From Actinomycetota bacterium (GTDB lineage Bacteria; Actinomycetota; Actinomycetes; S36-B12): 64,000 bases of DNA. Position 1 is the first letter of the stretch; each line of letters begins with the position of its first letter. The notes under the pieces are model-generated. The model made no database searches. It had not been told where the DNA came from and worked only from the letters and a program-made list of their open reading frames with translations. The stretch is from the NCBI GenBank assembly GCA_947449035.1, contig CANFQC010000008.1:4617-68616 (forward strand), read 5' to 3'. Shown here piece after piece: positions 11,216-22,054 of this stretch. A program made the position numbers and the translations under genes.

Positions 11216-12235
11216 GTGCTCGAGGATCGTCGCCTCGCCGTGCTGCGTGCCATCGTCGATGACTACGTCACGACCCAAGAGCCCGTCGGCTCCAAAGCCC
11301 TGGTCGAGCGGCACAATCTTGGCGTCTCGCCGGCCACCATCCGCAATGACATGGCCGCGCTCGAGGATGAGGGCTACATCACCCAGCCGCACACCTCGGC
11401 CGGCCGGGTGCCCACTGACCTGGGCTACCGCATGTTCGTCGATCAGCTCTCCACAGTGAAGCCGCTCACCTCAGCAGAGCGCCGTGCCATTCAGAGCTTC
11501 CTCGAAGACGCCGTCGATCTTGACGACGTCATGGCACGCACGGTGCGACTGCTCTCTCAGGTCACTCGTGAGGTTGCGCTGGTTCAGTACCCGACTCTTT
11601 CGCGTTCATCCGTGCGTCACGTCGAGGTCGTCTCGCTCAGCACGACTCGCATCCTTGTCGTCCTGATTGCTGACACTGGCCGCGTTGACCAGCGGATGCT
11701 CGATACTGCAGCGCCGATCGACGAGACCGTCGTGGCTGATGTGCGGGCGCGCATCGCCTTGGTCATTGGCGGACGTCGTTTCGTTGACGTCCCCGAGCTT
11801 CTTGTTGGCTTCGTCGAGTCCTTTGACATTCACGACCGTGCATTTGTCACTGCCGTGGCCGCAAGTGTCATGGAGCTCGCCGTCGAGAAATCAGATCAGC
11901 GCGTGATGATCGGCGGCACGGCCAACCTGACCCGACGCGGCGACGGCCTGCCGATAAATCTGCAGTCAGTTCTCGAGGCACTAGAAGAGCAGGTCGTGCT
12001 GCTAAAGCTGCTGGGTGAGACATCAGCCGGTGATTCGATCCTCGTGCGCATCGGACATGAGAACTCGGTGCAGGGCATGGAGGCCACCTCGGTGGTCAGT
12101 ACCGGTTATGCCCGCGGCGATGAACTCGTTGCATCACTCGGCGTCGTGGGACCGACTCACATGGATTACGCCTCCAACATGGCCTCGGTGCACGCGGTTG
12201 CGCAGTACCTCGGTCGAATCCTGAGCGATCAGTAG
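11216..12235 (+). CDS. hrcA: heat-inducible transcription repressor HrcA
   Basis: [32 protein letters not shown]; SD GAGGAGG before GTG 11216. Confidence 0.97.
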   Translation: MLEDRRLAVLRAIVDDYVTTQEPVGSKALVERHNLGVSPATIRNDMAALEDEGYITQPHTSAGRVPTDLGYRMFVDQLSTVKPLTSAERRAIQSFLEDAVDLDDVMARTVRLLSQVTREVALVQYPTLSRSSVRHVEVVSLSTTRILVVLIADTGRVDQRMLDTAAPIDETVVADVRARIALVIGGRRFVDVPELLVGFVESFDIHDRAFVTAVAASVMELAVEKSDQRVMIGGTANLTRRGDGLPINLQSVLEALEEQVVLLKLLGETSAGDSILVRIGHENSVQGMEATSVVSTGYARGDELVASLGVVGPTHMDYASNMASVHAVAQYLGRILSDQ

Positions 12236-12243
12236 GGATATAC

Positions 12244-13374
12244 GTGGCTACCGATTACTACGCACTCCTCGGAGTCTCCCGCGACGCGGGGGCCGATGAG
12301 ATTAAGAAGGCGTACCGAAAACTCGCTCGCGAACTTCACCCTGACGTCAATCCGGATCCGGCGGCCCAGGAGAAGTTCAAGATCGTCACCGCTGCCTACG
12401 AGGTGCTCAGTGATCCCGAGAAGCGCCAGATGTACGACATGGGCGGCGATCCACTCAGTGCGAGCGGCGGTGGCTTCGGTGGCTTCACCCAAGGCTTCGA
12501 CTTCGGCGACATCATGGATGCCTTCTTTGGTAGCGGTCAGCAGCGCGGGCCACGCACTCGCTCACGTCGCGGACAAGATGCCCTGATCCGCATCCAGATT
12601 GATCTTGCCGGCGCAGTCTTCGGCGAGGAGCGCGAGATCACCATCGACACTGCGACCACCTGCGGTAGTTGCAAGGGCGCTGGCACTGCAGCCAACAGTC
12701 AGCCCGAGACCTGCGTGATGTGCAAGGGCCGCGGCGAGATCCAGCAGGTGCAACGGTCCTTCCTCGGTCAGGTCATGACCTCGCGTCCGTGCCCCACGTG
12801 CCAAGGGTTCGGCACCACGATCCCGCATCCGTGCCACGAGTGTGCCGGCGATGGCCGTGTGCGCACCCGTCGCACGATCACGATCGCCGTTCCGCCGGGC
12901 GTCGACACCGGCACGCGAATTCAACTCACCGGTGAAGGTGAAGTCGGTCCGAACGGTGGCCCGGCCGGCGATCTCTACGTTGAGATCCAGGTCAAGGCAC
13001 ATCCGGCCTTCGAGCGTCACGGCGATGAACTTCACTGCGAGGTCACCTTGCCGATGACGTCTGCGGCACTGGGCGCCTCGGTCACCCTTGACACTCTCGA
13101 TGGTCCGCAGTCAATCGACGTGCGTGCCGGAACCCAGCCCGGTGAGGTACTCGTCCTGAAGGGCAAGGGCGCCGGCCGACTTCGTGGTGGCGGACGTGGT
13201 GATCTGCATGTTCACCTCACGGTTACCGTGCCGGGCAAGCTCAATGACGAGCAGGCTTCGCTGTTGCGCAAGCTCGCTGACCTTCGCAATGAGCAGGCAA
13301 CCCAGGTCGGAGTCGGTGAGGCAGAAGGTGCCGGCCTGTTCTCCAAGCTCAAGGGTTCGTTCAAGAGCCGGTGA
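12244..13374 (+). CDS. dnaJ: molecular chaperone DnaJ (DnaJ2 type)
   Basis: J domain with HPD, G/F region and four CxxCxGxG repeats. Confidence 0.97.
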   Translation: MATDYYALLGVSRDAGADEIKKAYRKLARELHPDVNPDPAAQEKFKIVTAAYEVLSDPEKRQMYDMGGDPLSASGGGFGGFTQGFDFGDIMDAFFGSGQQRGPRTRSRRGQDALIRIQIDLAGAVFGEEREITIDTATTCGSCKGAGTAANSQPETCVMCKGRGEIQQVQRSFLGQVMTSRPCPTCQGFGTTIPHPCHECAGDGRVRTRRTITIAVPPGVDTGTRIQLTGEGEVGPNGGPAGDLYVEIQVKAHPAFERHGDELHCEVTLPMTSAALGASVTLDTLDGPQSIDVRAGTQPGEVLVLKGKGAGRLRGGGRGDLHVHLTVTVPGKLNDEQASLLRKLADLRNEQATQVGVGEAEGAGLFSKLKGSFKSR

Positions 13375-14144
13375 CAGCCTCCGTATTTCTTGTTGACCCG
13401 GCCTCGCTCGCGCAGGTCGGTGACACCTATGTGCTCGACGGCCCGGAAGGGCGCCACGCAGTCGCGGTCTCGCGCATTGGCATCGGTGAGCGCATTCATG
13501 TGGTTGATGGCGAGGGCACCAGGGTTATCGGAACTGTTCGCGAGTATCAGGGCAAGGACTCCTGTGTCATTGCAGTGGAGTCCGTCGAGCGAATTCCCGA
13601 ACCATCACCGCGCTTGATCGTCGTTCAGGCTCTACCCAAGACCGAGCACGGTGAGCTTGCGGTTGATCTGCTCACCCAGGCAGGCGCTGATGTGATCGTG
13701 CCGTGGGCTGCGTCTCGTTGTGTGACTCAATGGCGCGCAGATCGTGCCGATAAGTCGCGGACCAAGTGGGTGCAGGCTGCGCGAGCAGCGACGAAGCAGT
13801 CGCGCAGGTCGCGGGCCCCGCAAATTCGGCCAGTCGCCTCGCTCGCTGAAGTTAAGGCCTTGGTTGCGTCCGCCTCTGCTGCCTACGTCCTGCATGAGGA
13901 AGCGACAGCCCTCCTGGGTACCTGCGACGTTCCGACCGCCGGAGACATCGTGCTCATCGTCGGCCCCGAGGGCGGAATTTCACCCGATGAAGTCGCCGCG
14001 CTCACCGAGGCAGGTGCCCGCGCGGTACTCATCGGTGCCACGGTTCTGAGGTCATCGTCCGCCGGGGCAATGGGTATCGCGGCGCTGATGTCACGCTCCC
14101 CGTCCTGGACAGGTCGGTCCATGGGAGGATCAGCAGGTGAGTGA
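13371..14144 (+). CDS. rsmE: 16S rRNA m3U1498 methyltransferase
   Basis: KQSRR, VGPEGG, VLRSS SPOUT motifs; follows dnaJ. Confidence 0.93.
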   Translation: MTASVFLVDPASLAQVGDTYVLDGPEGRHAVAVSRIGIGERIHVVDGEGTRVIGTVREYQGKDSCVIAVESVERIPEPSPRLIVVQALPKTEHGELAVDLLTQAGADVIVPWAASRCVTQWRADRADKSRTKWVQAARAATKQSRRSRAPQIRPVASLAEVKALVASASAAYVLHEEATALLGTCDVPTAGDIVLIVGPEGGISPDEVAALTEAGARAVLIGATVLRSSSAGAMGIAALMSRSPSWTGRSMGGSAGE

Positions 14145-14475
14145 CTGTTTGTTCTGCCGGATCGTCGCGGGGGAGATCCCCGCTGACATGGTGCTGCGCA
14201 CCGATGACTTCGTGGCATTCCGCGATATCTCGCCGCAAGCTCCCGTGCACGTGCTGGTAATTCCGGTGGCGCATCACGCCAATGCGGGTTCGCTTGCCGA
14301 TGCTGACCCCTTGCTGGCCGGACACTTGCTGGCCGCTGCCAAGGAGGTCGCTGCGAGCGAAGGCCTGACTGACTACCGCTTGGTGTTCAACACGGGCGCC
14401 GAGGCCGGCCAGTCGGTCTTCCATGTTCATGCTCATGTGCTCGGTGGTCGCTCGCTTACCTGGCCGCCCGGATAG
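14137..14475 (+). CDS. histidine triad (HIT) nucleotide-binding protein
   Basis: CLFC, QSVFHVHAHVLGG, WPPG. Confidence 0.95.
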   Translation: MSDCLFCRIVAGEIPADMVLRTDDFVAFRDISPQAPVHVLVIPVAHHANAGSLADADPLLAGHLLAAAKEVAASEGLTDYRLVFNTGAEAGQSVFHVHAHVLGGRSLTWPPG

Positions 14476-14477
14476 TC

Positions 14478-15476
14478 ATGACCTCAATCGTTCCCGCGCC
14501 TGCGCCCGCCGGGCCTCCGCATGCACAAGCCATGATCACCGTTCCCGCCTCGCAGCCCATGGTTGCTCTGCTGGGCACAAGTGATGAGTACCTGCGCCTG
14601 ATTGAGGCCGCCTTCGGCGATGCCGACATCCTGGTGCGCGGAAATCAGATCACGATCACTGGCACTCCCGCTGATATTGCCTTGATCGAAACCCTCTTCG
14701 GAGAGATGCTCGCCTTCCTGCGCACTGCGCAACCATTGAGCGCCGAGAACATTGAGCGCTCGATCACGCTGCTTCGCTCGGGTGAGCGTCCGACTGAGAT
14801 CTTGAGCTCGAACATCCTCAGCAATCGCGGTCGCACGATCCGACCAAAGACTGTTAACCAGAAGAACTACGTCGACGCCATCGATAAGAACACGATCGTG
14901 TTCGGCATCGGACCTGCGGGAACTGGCAAGACGTATCTCGCCGTGGCCAAGGCCGTTCAGGCTCTTCAGGCTAAGCGCATCACTCGTATCGTGCTCACTC
15001 GTCCGGCAGTCGAAGCAGGTGAGCGTCTCGGATTCTTGCCTGGCACGCTCTCCGAGAAGATCGACCCGTATTTGCGGCCGCTCTATGACGCGCTGCACGA
15101 CATGATCGATCCGGAGTCGATTCCTCGCCTAATTACGAGCGGCACCATTGAGGTTGCACCGCTGGCCTACATGCGTGGTCGCACCCTCAATGACGCCTTC
15201 ATCATCCTTGACGAGGCGCAGAACACCACTGCAGAGCAGATGAAGATGTTCTTGACCCGTCTTGGCTTCGGCTCGACGATGGTTGTTACCGGCGACGTCA
15301 CTCAGGTCGACCTTCCGGGTGGTGCCACAAGCGGACTTCGTGTGGTGTCCGACATTCTTGAAGGAATTGAGGATGTCGAGTTCTGCCGCCTCACCTCGCA
15401 AGACGTCGTGCGTCACAAGCTCGTGGGCCGAATCGTTGAGGCCTACGACAAGTACGACCAGAAGCGGGAGCAATGA
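14478..15476 (+). CDS. phoH: PhoH-family ATPase
   Basis: GPAGTGKT, RPAVEAGE, YMRGRT, DEAQN. Confidence 0.95.
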   Translation: MTSIVPAPAPAGPPHAQAMITVPASQPMVALLGTSDEYLRLIEAAFGDADILVRGNQITITGTPADIALIETLFGEMLAFLRTAQPLSAENIERSITLLRSGERPTEILSSNILSNRGRTIRPKTVNQKNYVDAIDKNTIVFGIGPAGTGKTYLAVAKAVQALQAKRITRIVLTRPAVEAGERLGFLPGTLSEKIDPYLRPLYDALHDMIDPESIPRLITSGTIEVAPLAYMRGRTLNDAFIILDEAQNTTAEQMKMFLTRLGFGSTMVVTGDVTQVDLPGGATSGLRVVSDILEGIEDVEFCRLTSQDVVRHKLVGRIVEAYDKYDQKREQ

Positions 15477-15925
15477 CGGGCATCACCGTGACTAATGAGA
15501 GTGCGGTCAATTGCGATACTGACGCTCTCGCTCGACTGGCAGCCTTCTTGCTCCCCTTGGTTCGAGTCTCCGATGATTGCGAACTGTCCATCACCATTGT
15601 CGATGAGCCGCGCATGGAGGAACTCCACATCCAGTGGATGGATCTGCCTGATGCGACGGACGTGCTCTCATTTCCGATGGACGAGCTTCGAAGCGCTGGC
15701 CAGGGTGAGGAATTCCCGATCGGGATCCTCGGCGACATCGTGCTCTGCCCGGAATTCGCGCGTAAGCAGGCAGCCGAGGCCGGTCGGTCCCTTGATGCCG
15801 AGCTTCAATTCCTCACGACCCATGGGATTCTTCACTTGCTCGGCCACGACCACATGACTCCCGAGGAGTACGACCTCATGTTCGCCCTGCAAGACGAGTT
15901 GCTCGCGAAATGGAATGTGTCATGA
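15473..15925 (+). CDS. ybeY: rRNA maturation RNase YbeY
   Basis: TDVLSFP, LGDI, HGILHLLGHDH. Confidence 0.96.
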   Translation: MTGITVTNESAVNCDTDALARLAAFLLPLVRVSDDCELSITIVDEPRMEELHIQWMDLPDATDVLSFPMDELRSAGQGEEFPIGILGDIVLCPEFARKQAAEAGRSLDAELQFLTTHGILHLLGHDHMTPEEYDLMFALQDELLAKWNVS

Positions 15926-17232
15926 ACACCTCCCAGGCTTGGCTGCTGATCCTCTCACTGGTGCTGATCGTGATCTCCGGGCTCATGGTCAGCGCGGAGA
16001 CCGCCATTGGTCGTGTCTCGCGGGGTCACATTGAGGAGCTCGGCCGTGAGGGCGAGAAGCGCGCTGCACGATTGATTCGGGTGCTCGATGATCGTGCCCG
16101 TTACGTGAACGTGCTGCTCTTCCTCTCGACCGTCGCAACCGTGACGGCGACAGTGCTCGTCGGTTACGTCTGTGTCGGCATGTTCACTAGCTGGCCGATC
16201 GGCTGGGCAATGGCCTTGGCCGTGGCCATCATGGTCGTGATCTCCTACGTGGCTCTTGGTGTTGCCCCGCGCACCCTCGGTCGTCAGCACGCTGATCGCA
16301 TTGCCCTCGCTTCGGCCGGAATCGCGCGCTTCCTCGCGGTGATTCTCGGTCCGATCACATCCCTGCTCATCCTCGTGGGCAATGCACTCACCCCGGGCAA
16401 GGGCTACCGCGAAGGTCCCTTCGCTTCAGCGGCTGAATTGCGCGAGTTCGTCGACATGGCCGAGGCCAGCAGTCTTATCGAAGATGACGAGCGCCAGATG
16501 ATCCACTCAGTGTTCGAGCTGGGAGAGACCTACGCCAAGGAGGTCATGGTCCCGCGAACTGAAGTCGTATTCATCGAACGTGACCGAACCCTGCGCCAGG
16601 CACTGTCGCTTGGATTGCGATCAGGGTTCTCTCGCATTCCCGTGATCGGCGAGAACACCGACGACATCATTGGCATTGTCTACTTGAAGGATGTCGTCCG
16701 CCGTACCTTTGAGCATCGTGAGGCCGAGCAGTCCGAGAAGGTCGACTCGATCATGCGCCCTGCGTACTTCGTCCCCGATAGCAAGCAGGCGGACGATCTC
16801 TTGCGTGATATGCAAGCCAACCGACAGCACTTGGCCATCGTGATTGATGAATACGGTGGCACCGCTGGCGTGGTCTCGATTGAAGATGTCCTTGAGGAGA
16901 TCGTCGGTGAGATCGCTGATGAGTACGACACTGAGCTCCCGGAGGTCATCGAACTGGCCGATGGTGGCTACCGACTCAGCTCGCGTATGCACATTGAGGA
17001 TTTCGCGGAACTTGTCGATATTGAGCTCGACTCGGAGGAAGAGGGCGTCGACACAATTCTCGGCCTCATGGGCTTGCGCCTCGGGCGCGTGCCGATCGCA
17101 GGCTCCGAGGTCGTCGAGAACGGCTGGCGACTCGTGGCGGAGCAGGGAGTCGGTCGACGCAAGCGCATCGGCACGATCCATGCACTGCCGGTCAAGGCTG
17201 CTGTATCGGAAGAAGGTGACGGCGATGAGTGA
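15922..17232 (+). CDS. HlyC/CorC-family CNNM-CBS domain transporter
   Basis: N-terminal TM helices, VMVPR, SRIPV, DEYGGTAG..IEDVLEEIVGEI. Confidence 0.92.
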   Translation: MNTSQAWLLILSLVLIVISGLMVSAETAIGRVSRGHIEELGREGEKRAARLIRVLDDRARYVNVLLFLSTVATVTATVLVGYVCVGMFTSWPIGWAMALAVAIMVVISYVALGVAPRTLGRQHADRIALASAGIARFLAVILGPITSLLILVGNALTPGKGYREGPFASAAELREFVDMAEASSLIEDDERQMIHSVFELGETYAKEVMVPRTEVVFIERDRTLRQALSLGLRSGFSRIPVIGENTDDIIGIVYLKDVVRRTFEHREAEQSEKVDSIMRPAYFVPDSKQADDLLRDMQANRQHLAIVIDEYGGTAGVVSIEDVLEEIVGEIADEYDTELPEVIELADGGYRLSSRMHIEDFAELVDIELDSEEEGVDTILGLMGLRLGRVPIAGSEVVENGWRLVAEQGVGRRKRIGTIHALPVKAAVSEEGDGDE

Positions 17233-17557
17233 GTTACTTGATGCTGAAGACGCCAAGTTGTTGACATTGGCACGTGGGGCTCGAGGTCGCATCGCAGCGG
17301 CCGAGGGAGCTGCCATCCGTGACGAGATGGGCCGCACCTATTCGGCAGCTACTGTCGACAACGGCACTCTCTTCATCAGTGCCCTGGATCTCGCAGTTGC
17401 CCAGGCCATCTCTGCGGGTGCCCGAGGTGCTGAAGCCGCTGTAGTTGTCACTCATGCAGATATCGAGACCACTGGGTTTCGATCACTCGCCGGTGAAGGC
17501 GTTCCCGTCTACGTCTGCACTCCCGCAGGCGCCCTGACCGATACCGTGCTCACGTGA
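17225..17557 (+). CDS. cytidine-deaminase-like protein lacking Zn ligands
   Basis: GAAIRDEMGRTY resembles the Cdd N-terminus; position between corC and era; no CAE or PCxxC motif. Confidence 0.75.
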   Translation: MSELLDAEDAKLLTLARGARGRIAAAEGAAIRDEMGRTYSAATVDNGTLFISALDLAVAQAISAGARGAEAAVVVTHADIETTGFRSLAGEGVPVYVCTPAGALTDTVLT

Positions 17558-18471
17558 GCGATTACAAGAGCGGGTTCGTCTCCCTCGTCGGCCGTCCCAA
17601 CGCCGGCAAGTCAACCTTGACCAATGCCATCGTGGGTCAAAAGGTCGCCATCATGTCCGACCGCCCGCAGACCACTCGTCGTGCGTTACGTGGAATTGTG
17701 ACTCGCGAGGATGCGCAGCTGATCCTGGTTGATACGCCCGGTCTGCATCGTCCGCGAACCCTTCTTGGTGAGCGACTGAACGACGAAGTCCGCGAGACCT
17801 GGAACAGTGTCGATGTCATCGGCTTCTGCATCGCTGCCGACCAGGAAATCGGACCTGGCGATCGGTTTATCGCCAACGAGATCAAGAACCTTCATCGCAA
17901 GAAGCTCGTCGGCATCCTCACGAAGACCGATCTGGTCAACAAGGACATCCTTGCCGAGCGTCTGCAGGCAGTAGCCCAGCTTGCCGAAGAACTCGAGTTC
18001 GCTTGGGCCGACATCGTGCCCGTCTCCGCTCGCGACGGTGCCAATGTGCAGGTTCTCACTGATCAGTTGATTGCACTTCTTCCTGATGGTCCGATGCTCT
18101 ACCCCGATGGTGAGATCACCGACGAAGACATCGAGATTTCCGTAGCCGAGTTAATTCGCGAGGCTGCCCTCGAAGGGGTGAACGACGAACTTCCTCACTC
18201 CATTGCCGTCGTGGTCGAAGAGATCGTTCCCCGCGAGGATCGCCCTGCTGATCGGCCGCTCACCGATGTTCGGGCCTTCCTCTTCGTCGAGCGCGATAGC
18301 CAGAAGGCGATTGTGATCGGCAAGGGTGGTGCGCGGCTGAAGCACGTGGGCACCAAGGCTCGCAAGGGCATTGAGGAACTCCTCGGTGTGCCGGTCTACC
18401 TCGATCTTCATGTCAAGATCGCCAAGGACTGGCAGAAGGACCCCAAGCAACTGCGTCGACTGGGCTTCTGA
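17554..18471 (+). CDS. era: GTPase Era
   Basis: GRPNAGKS, PQTTR, DTPG, TKTD and KH domain VIGKGG. Confidence 0.97.
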   Translation: MSDYKSGFVSLVGRPNAGKSTLTNAIVGQKVAIMSDRPQTTRRALRGIVTREDAQLILVDTPGLHRPRTLLGERLNDEVRETWNSVDVIGFCIAADQEIGPGDRFIANEIKNLHRKKLVGILTKTDLVNKDILAERLQAVAQLAEELEFAWADIVPVSARDGANVQVLTDQLIALLPDGPMLYPDGEITDEDIEISVAELIREAALEGVNDELPHSIAVVVEEIVPREDRPADRPLTDVRAFLFVERDSQKAIVIGKGGARLKHVGTKARKGIEELLGVPVYLDLHVKIAKDWQKDPKQLRRLGF

Positions 18472-18518
18472 CCGCCGCGCCGCCACCCCTCGAGGGTCGC
18501 AGCGCGAGACAATGAACT

Positions 18519-19256
18519 GTGCCCCTCTACCGTGACGAAGCAGTCGTGCTGCGCGCCCAGAAGCTGGGTGAGGCCGATCGCATCGTCACGCTACTAACCC
18601 GCAATCACGGGCGAGTGCGGTGCGTGGCCCGCGGCGTCCGCAAAACCACGAGTCGTATCGGGGCGCGTCTGGAGCCCTTCAGCCACGTCGATGTGCAGTT
18701 GTATGAGGGTCGCTCCCTCGACACAGTCAGCCAGGTCGAGTCAATTCAGTCGCATGGCGGAACTATTTCGGGTGACTATGCGGCCTATACGGCGGGCACG
18801 GTGATGCTTGAGACCGCCGAGCGCATGACCCCCGAGGAGCGCGAACCTGCAATTCAGCAGTACGCCCTTCTTGTCAGTGGCCTGCGCTCACTGTCGGCGC
18901 GTGAGCATGAGCCCACCTTGATCCTCGACTCGTATCTCTTGCGTTCGCTGTCGGTAGCAGGGTGGTCACCGTCATTCGACGCGTGCGCACGATGCGGTGC
19001 TGAAGGCCCGCACCGCGCCTTCTCGATCCAGGCGGGTGGCATGGTGTGCGCCGAGTGCCGTCCACCTGGTTCGGCAGCACCGTCACCGGATTCGGTCGAG
19101 CTGCTCGGCGCCCTGCTCAGCGGCGACTGGTCGGTTGCAGACTCCAGCGATGATCGACCTCGGCGTGAGGCAAGCGGCCTGGTGGCGGCGTTCTTGCAGT
19201 GGCATCTCGAGCATGGCCTGAGATCCCTGCCTCTTGTCGATCGCACCAGGCCATGA
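18519..19256 (+). CDS. recO: DNA repair protein RecO
   Basis: [18 protein letters not shown]...CAEC zinc finger. Confidence 0.95.
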   Translation: MPLYRDEAVVLRAQKLGEADRIVTLLTRNHGRVRCVARGVRKTTSRIGARLEPFSHVDVQLYEGRSLDTVSQVESIQSHGGTISGDYAAYTAGTVMLETAERMTPEEREPAIQQYALLVSGLRSLSAREHEPTLILDSYLLRSLSVAGWSPSFDACARCGAEGPHRAFSIQAGGMVCAECRPPGSAAPSPDSVELLGALLSGDWSVADSSDDRPRREASGLVAAFLQWHLEHGLRSLPLVDRTRP

Positions 19257-19272
19257 CTGGCAGGATGCTGGG

Positions 19273-20058
19273 GTGACCCGCCATCGTCCGCCGACTCCGC
19301 ATCCCAGCGGCGCCACGCCTCCGGTGATCCCGCGGGATCTGGTGCCGAAGCATGTCGCCATCGTGATGGACGGGAATGGTCGGTGGGCAAAGGAGCGCGG
19401 TCTGCCGCGTACGGCCGGTCACGAGATGGGCGAGGCAAGTCTCTTTGACTGCGTCGAAGGAGCACTTGAGCTCGGAGTCGAGTGGCTCTCGGCGTATGCC
19501 TTCTCCACCGAGAACTGGAAGCGCTCGCCGGAGGAAGTCCGCTTCCTGATGGGCTTCAACCGCGATGTCATCCGCCGGCGCCGAGACGAGATGAACGAAC
19601 TCGGGGTGCGGGTGCGCTGGGCGGGGCGTCGACCGAAGCTGTGGCGCAGCGTGATCTCCGAGCTGGAAGAAGCCGAGGAGCTCACCAAGAAGAATCGAAA
19701 GCTCACTCTCACGATGTGCGTGAACTACGGCGGTCGCGCCGAAATCGCTGACGCCGCTGCGGCAATGGCCCGCGATGTGCAGGCAGGCAAGCTAGATCCC
19801 AAGCGCATCGACGAGCGCATGTTCCACAAGTACCTCGACGAGCCCGACATGCCTGACGTTGACCTCTTCGTGCGTTCCTCAGGCGAGCAACGCACCAGCA
19901 ACTTCCTGCTCTGGCAGGCAGCTTATGCCGAGATGGTCTTCCTTGACACTTTGTGGCCTGACTTCGATCGCCGTGACTTCTGGCATGCCTGCGAGATCTT
20001 TGCGTCACGTGATCGCCGGTATGGCGGTGCAGTACCGAATCCGCCCGCTAAGGGCTAG
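19273..20058 (+). CDS. uppS: cis-isoprenyl diphosphate synthase
   Basis: [36 protein letters not shown]. Confidence 0.95.
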   Translation: MTRHRPPTPHPSGATPPVIPRDLVPKHVAIVMDGNGRWAKERGLPRTAGHEMGEASLFDCVEGALELGVEWLSAYAFSTENWKRSPEEVRFLMGFNRDVIRRRRDEMNELGVRVRWAGRRPKLWRSVISELEEAEELTKKNRKLTLTMCVNYGGRAEIADAAAAMARDVQAGKLDPKRIDERMFHKYLDEPDMPDVDLFVRSSGEQRTSNFLLWQAAYAEMVFLDTLWPDFDRRDFWHACEIFASRDRRYGGAVPNPPAKG

Positions 20059-20070
20059 ACGCCGAAAGCC

Positions 20071-20457
20071 TCAGTTGCACCGTGGGCAGAGGCCGAACAG
20101 TTCCATGGTGTGGCTGACCTGCGAATACCCATGCTCGGCGGCCACGGCGTCAGCCCACTTCTCGACGGTTGGTCCGGCAATCTCGACAGTGGCGCCGCAA
20201 CTTCGGCACACCAGATGGTGATGATGCTCGCCGCTGCACTTTCGATACACGGTCTCGCCCTCGTCGTTGACGAGTTGGTCGACATCTCCTGATGCTGCAA
20301 GTGACTGCAGGGCGCGGTAGACGGTGGTGAGGCCAACAGAGTCACCGCGGTGACGTAGATCGTCGTGCAGCTGCTGAGCTGAGCGAAAGTCGTTGATCTC
20401 GGCGAGTAGCTCCGCGACCGCGGTGCGCTGGCGCGTCTGGCGCTGGGGCACGCTCAT
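20071..20457 (-). CDS. zur: Fur-family regulator, probably Zur
   Basis: TRQR, GLTTVYRAL, HHHHLVCRSC, CPRC; last gene of the zinc ABC operon; start ATG 20457. Confidence 0.88.
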   Translation of the reverse strand: MSVPQRQTRQRTAVAELLAEINDFRSAQQLHDDLRHRGDSVGLTTVYRALQSLAASGDVDQLVNDEGETVYRKCSGEHHHHLVCRSCGATVEIAGPTVEKWADAVAAEHGYSQVSHTMELFGLCPRCN

Positions 20458-21281
20458 GAGTGCTCCCGTCGTCGGCGTCGAATAGGCACGGCCACGATGG
20501 CCAGGATCGCGAAGCAGGCCAGGGCGATGATGACGATCGCGGGGCCGGGGGGAGCTTCGACATAGAACGAGCCGACTAGGCCGGTCACTGAGGCGATCAC
20601 GCCGATCACGACAGCCAGCGCTGCAGTGGCGCGGAAGGAACGGGTCACCTGCTGCGCTGCGGCGACGGGCACGATCATGATTGCGCTGACAAGAAGTAGG
20701 CCGACCACGCGCATACCGACGACCACCACGATGGCAGCGAGAATCGCCATGAGCGTGCTCATCGCGCGAACCTTGATGCCCTGCACCTGGGCGATGTCGG
20801 GGTCCAGGCTCACCGCAAACAGTTCGCGGCCGAAGAACAGCAGGACTAAGAGCACGGTGACGACGAGAGCGCCGAGAGCCCATAGGTCACCACTGGCCAC
20901 GGTAGAGAGTGATCCGAACAGGTACGAGTTCAAAGACGAGCTAGCCCTGCCCGGCGCGAGCGAGGCAAAGAGCACGCCGCCGGCAATACCGCCGTAGAAC
21001 AAGAGCGCGAGAGCAACATCGCCAGCAGTACGACTGCGGTAACGGATGAACTCAATCAGGAATGCACCGAGCGCCGCTGTTGCCATGGCGGTCGGGATTG
21101 GTGCCGTACCGAGTAAGAAGGCCAGGCCCACGCCTGTCAGAGCCACATGTCCCATGCCGTCGCCGAGCAGGGCGAGCCTGCGCTGTACCAAGAAGACGCC
21201 GATGAGCGGCGCGATAAGCCCGACGAGCGCGGCGGCGAGAAGTGCGCGCCGCATGAAGTCGAAGTCCCAGATCATCGTCAT
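20454..21281 (-). CDS. znuB: metal (Zn) ABC transporter permease
   Basis: GDGMGHVALTG, YLFGS, VGLLLVSA. Confidence 0.88.
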   Translation of the reverse strand: MTMIWDFDFMRRALLAAALVGLIAPLIGVFLVQRRLALLGDGMGHVALTGVGLAFLLGTAPIPTAMATAALGAFLIEFIRYRSRTAGDVALALLFYGGIAGGVLFASLAPGRASSSLNSYLFGSLSTVASGDLWALGALVVTVLLVLLFFGRELFAVSLDPDIAQVQGIKVRAMSTLMAILAAIVVVVGMRVVGLLLVSAIMIVPVAAAQQVTRSFRATAALAVVIGVIASVTGLVGSFYVEAPPGPAIVIIALACFAILAIVAVPIRRRRREHS

Positions 21282-22054
21282 GACTCCATCCCGATCACCG
21301 GGGGAGAGTCGTCGATCACGGCATCGTGGTGATGGTGATGATCATGGGCAAAGGAGTTAGGTACGGGCGGTGGCCCGTCGTACTGCACCGAGTGATGCGC
21401 ATCGGGTGCAAGCACTATTGCGCGCGTCACCAGCGACTCGATCGCATCGATCTCGTGCGTCACCACGATGATCGTGCGGCCTCGGGCTTTGAGTTCGCCC
21501 AGCAGACGGGCCAATGCAGTCACGTTTGCCGCATCGAGCCCTGCCGTCGGCTCGTCCATCAAGATCACGTCGGCATTGCTCGCGAGGGCTCGGGCGACGA
21601 GAACTCGGCGCTGTTGACCACCGGAAAGTGTGTCGAGACGTGAGTGACGGCGATCCCAGAGATCGACATCGTGAAGTGCCTGGACTGCTGCGTTCTTCTC
21701 GGTACGAGAGAAAGGGCGCCAGCGGGTGCGCGGTGAGATCGCGCCGGAGAGCACGGTCTCCCAGACCGAGACGGGAATGCTGCTTGCGCCCGGAAGACGT
21801 TGCGGCACCAGAGCAATGCGCTGCCACTGCTTGAACCTGCGCAGGGGAGTACCAAAGAGAGTGATGCGACCGTGATCGACAGGCTGCAATCCGAGGATTG
21901 CGCGAATCAGCGTCGACTTGCCGCTTCCGTTGGGGCCGAGAAGCGCGATGACGTCACCGGCCTGGATATCGACGTTGACATCCTCGAGCACGTGGGCGCC
22001 GTCGAATTCCACGCACAGGCGCTCGATCGAGATCACTGTGTCGTTCACGAGCAA
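21278..22054 (-). CDS. znuC: metal (Zn) ABC transporter ATP-binding protein
   Basis: GPNGSGKS, LSGGQ, DEPT and a His-rich C-terminal tail. Confidence 0.88.
   Translation of the reverse strand: MLVNDTVISIERLCVEFDGAHVLEDVNVDIQAGDVIALLGPNGSGKSTLIRAILGLQPVDHGRITLFGTPLRRFKQWQRIALVPQRLPGASSIPVSVWETVLSGAISPRTRWRPFSRTEKNAAVQALHDVDLWDRRHSRLDTLSGGQQRRVLVARALASNADVILMDEPTAGLDAANVTALARLLGELKARGRTIIVVTHEIDAIESLVTRAIVLAPDAHHSVQYDGPPPVPNSFAHDHHHHHDAVIDDSPPVIGMES

Noticed and set aside
20458-20883. Long N-terminal extensions of the zur, cdd-like, plsY and holA ORFs in the ORF track
   Set aside because: They overlap upstream genes in another frame; the internal starts give normal lengths and mostly stop/start coupling.
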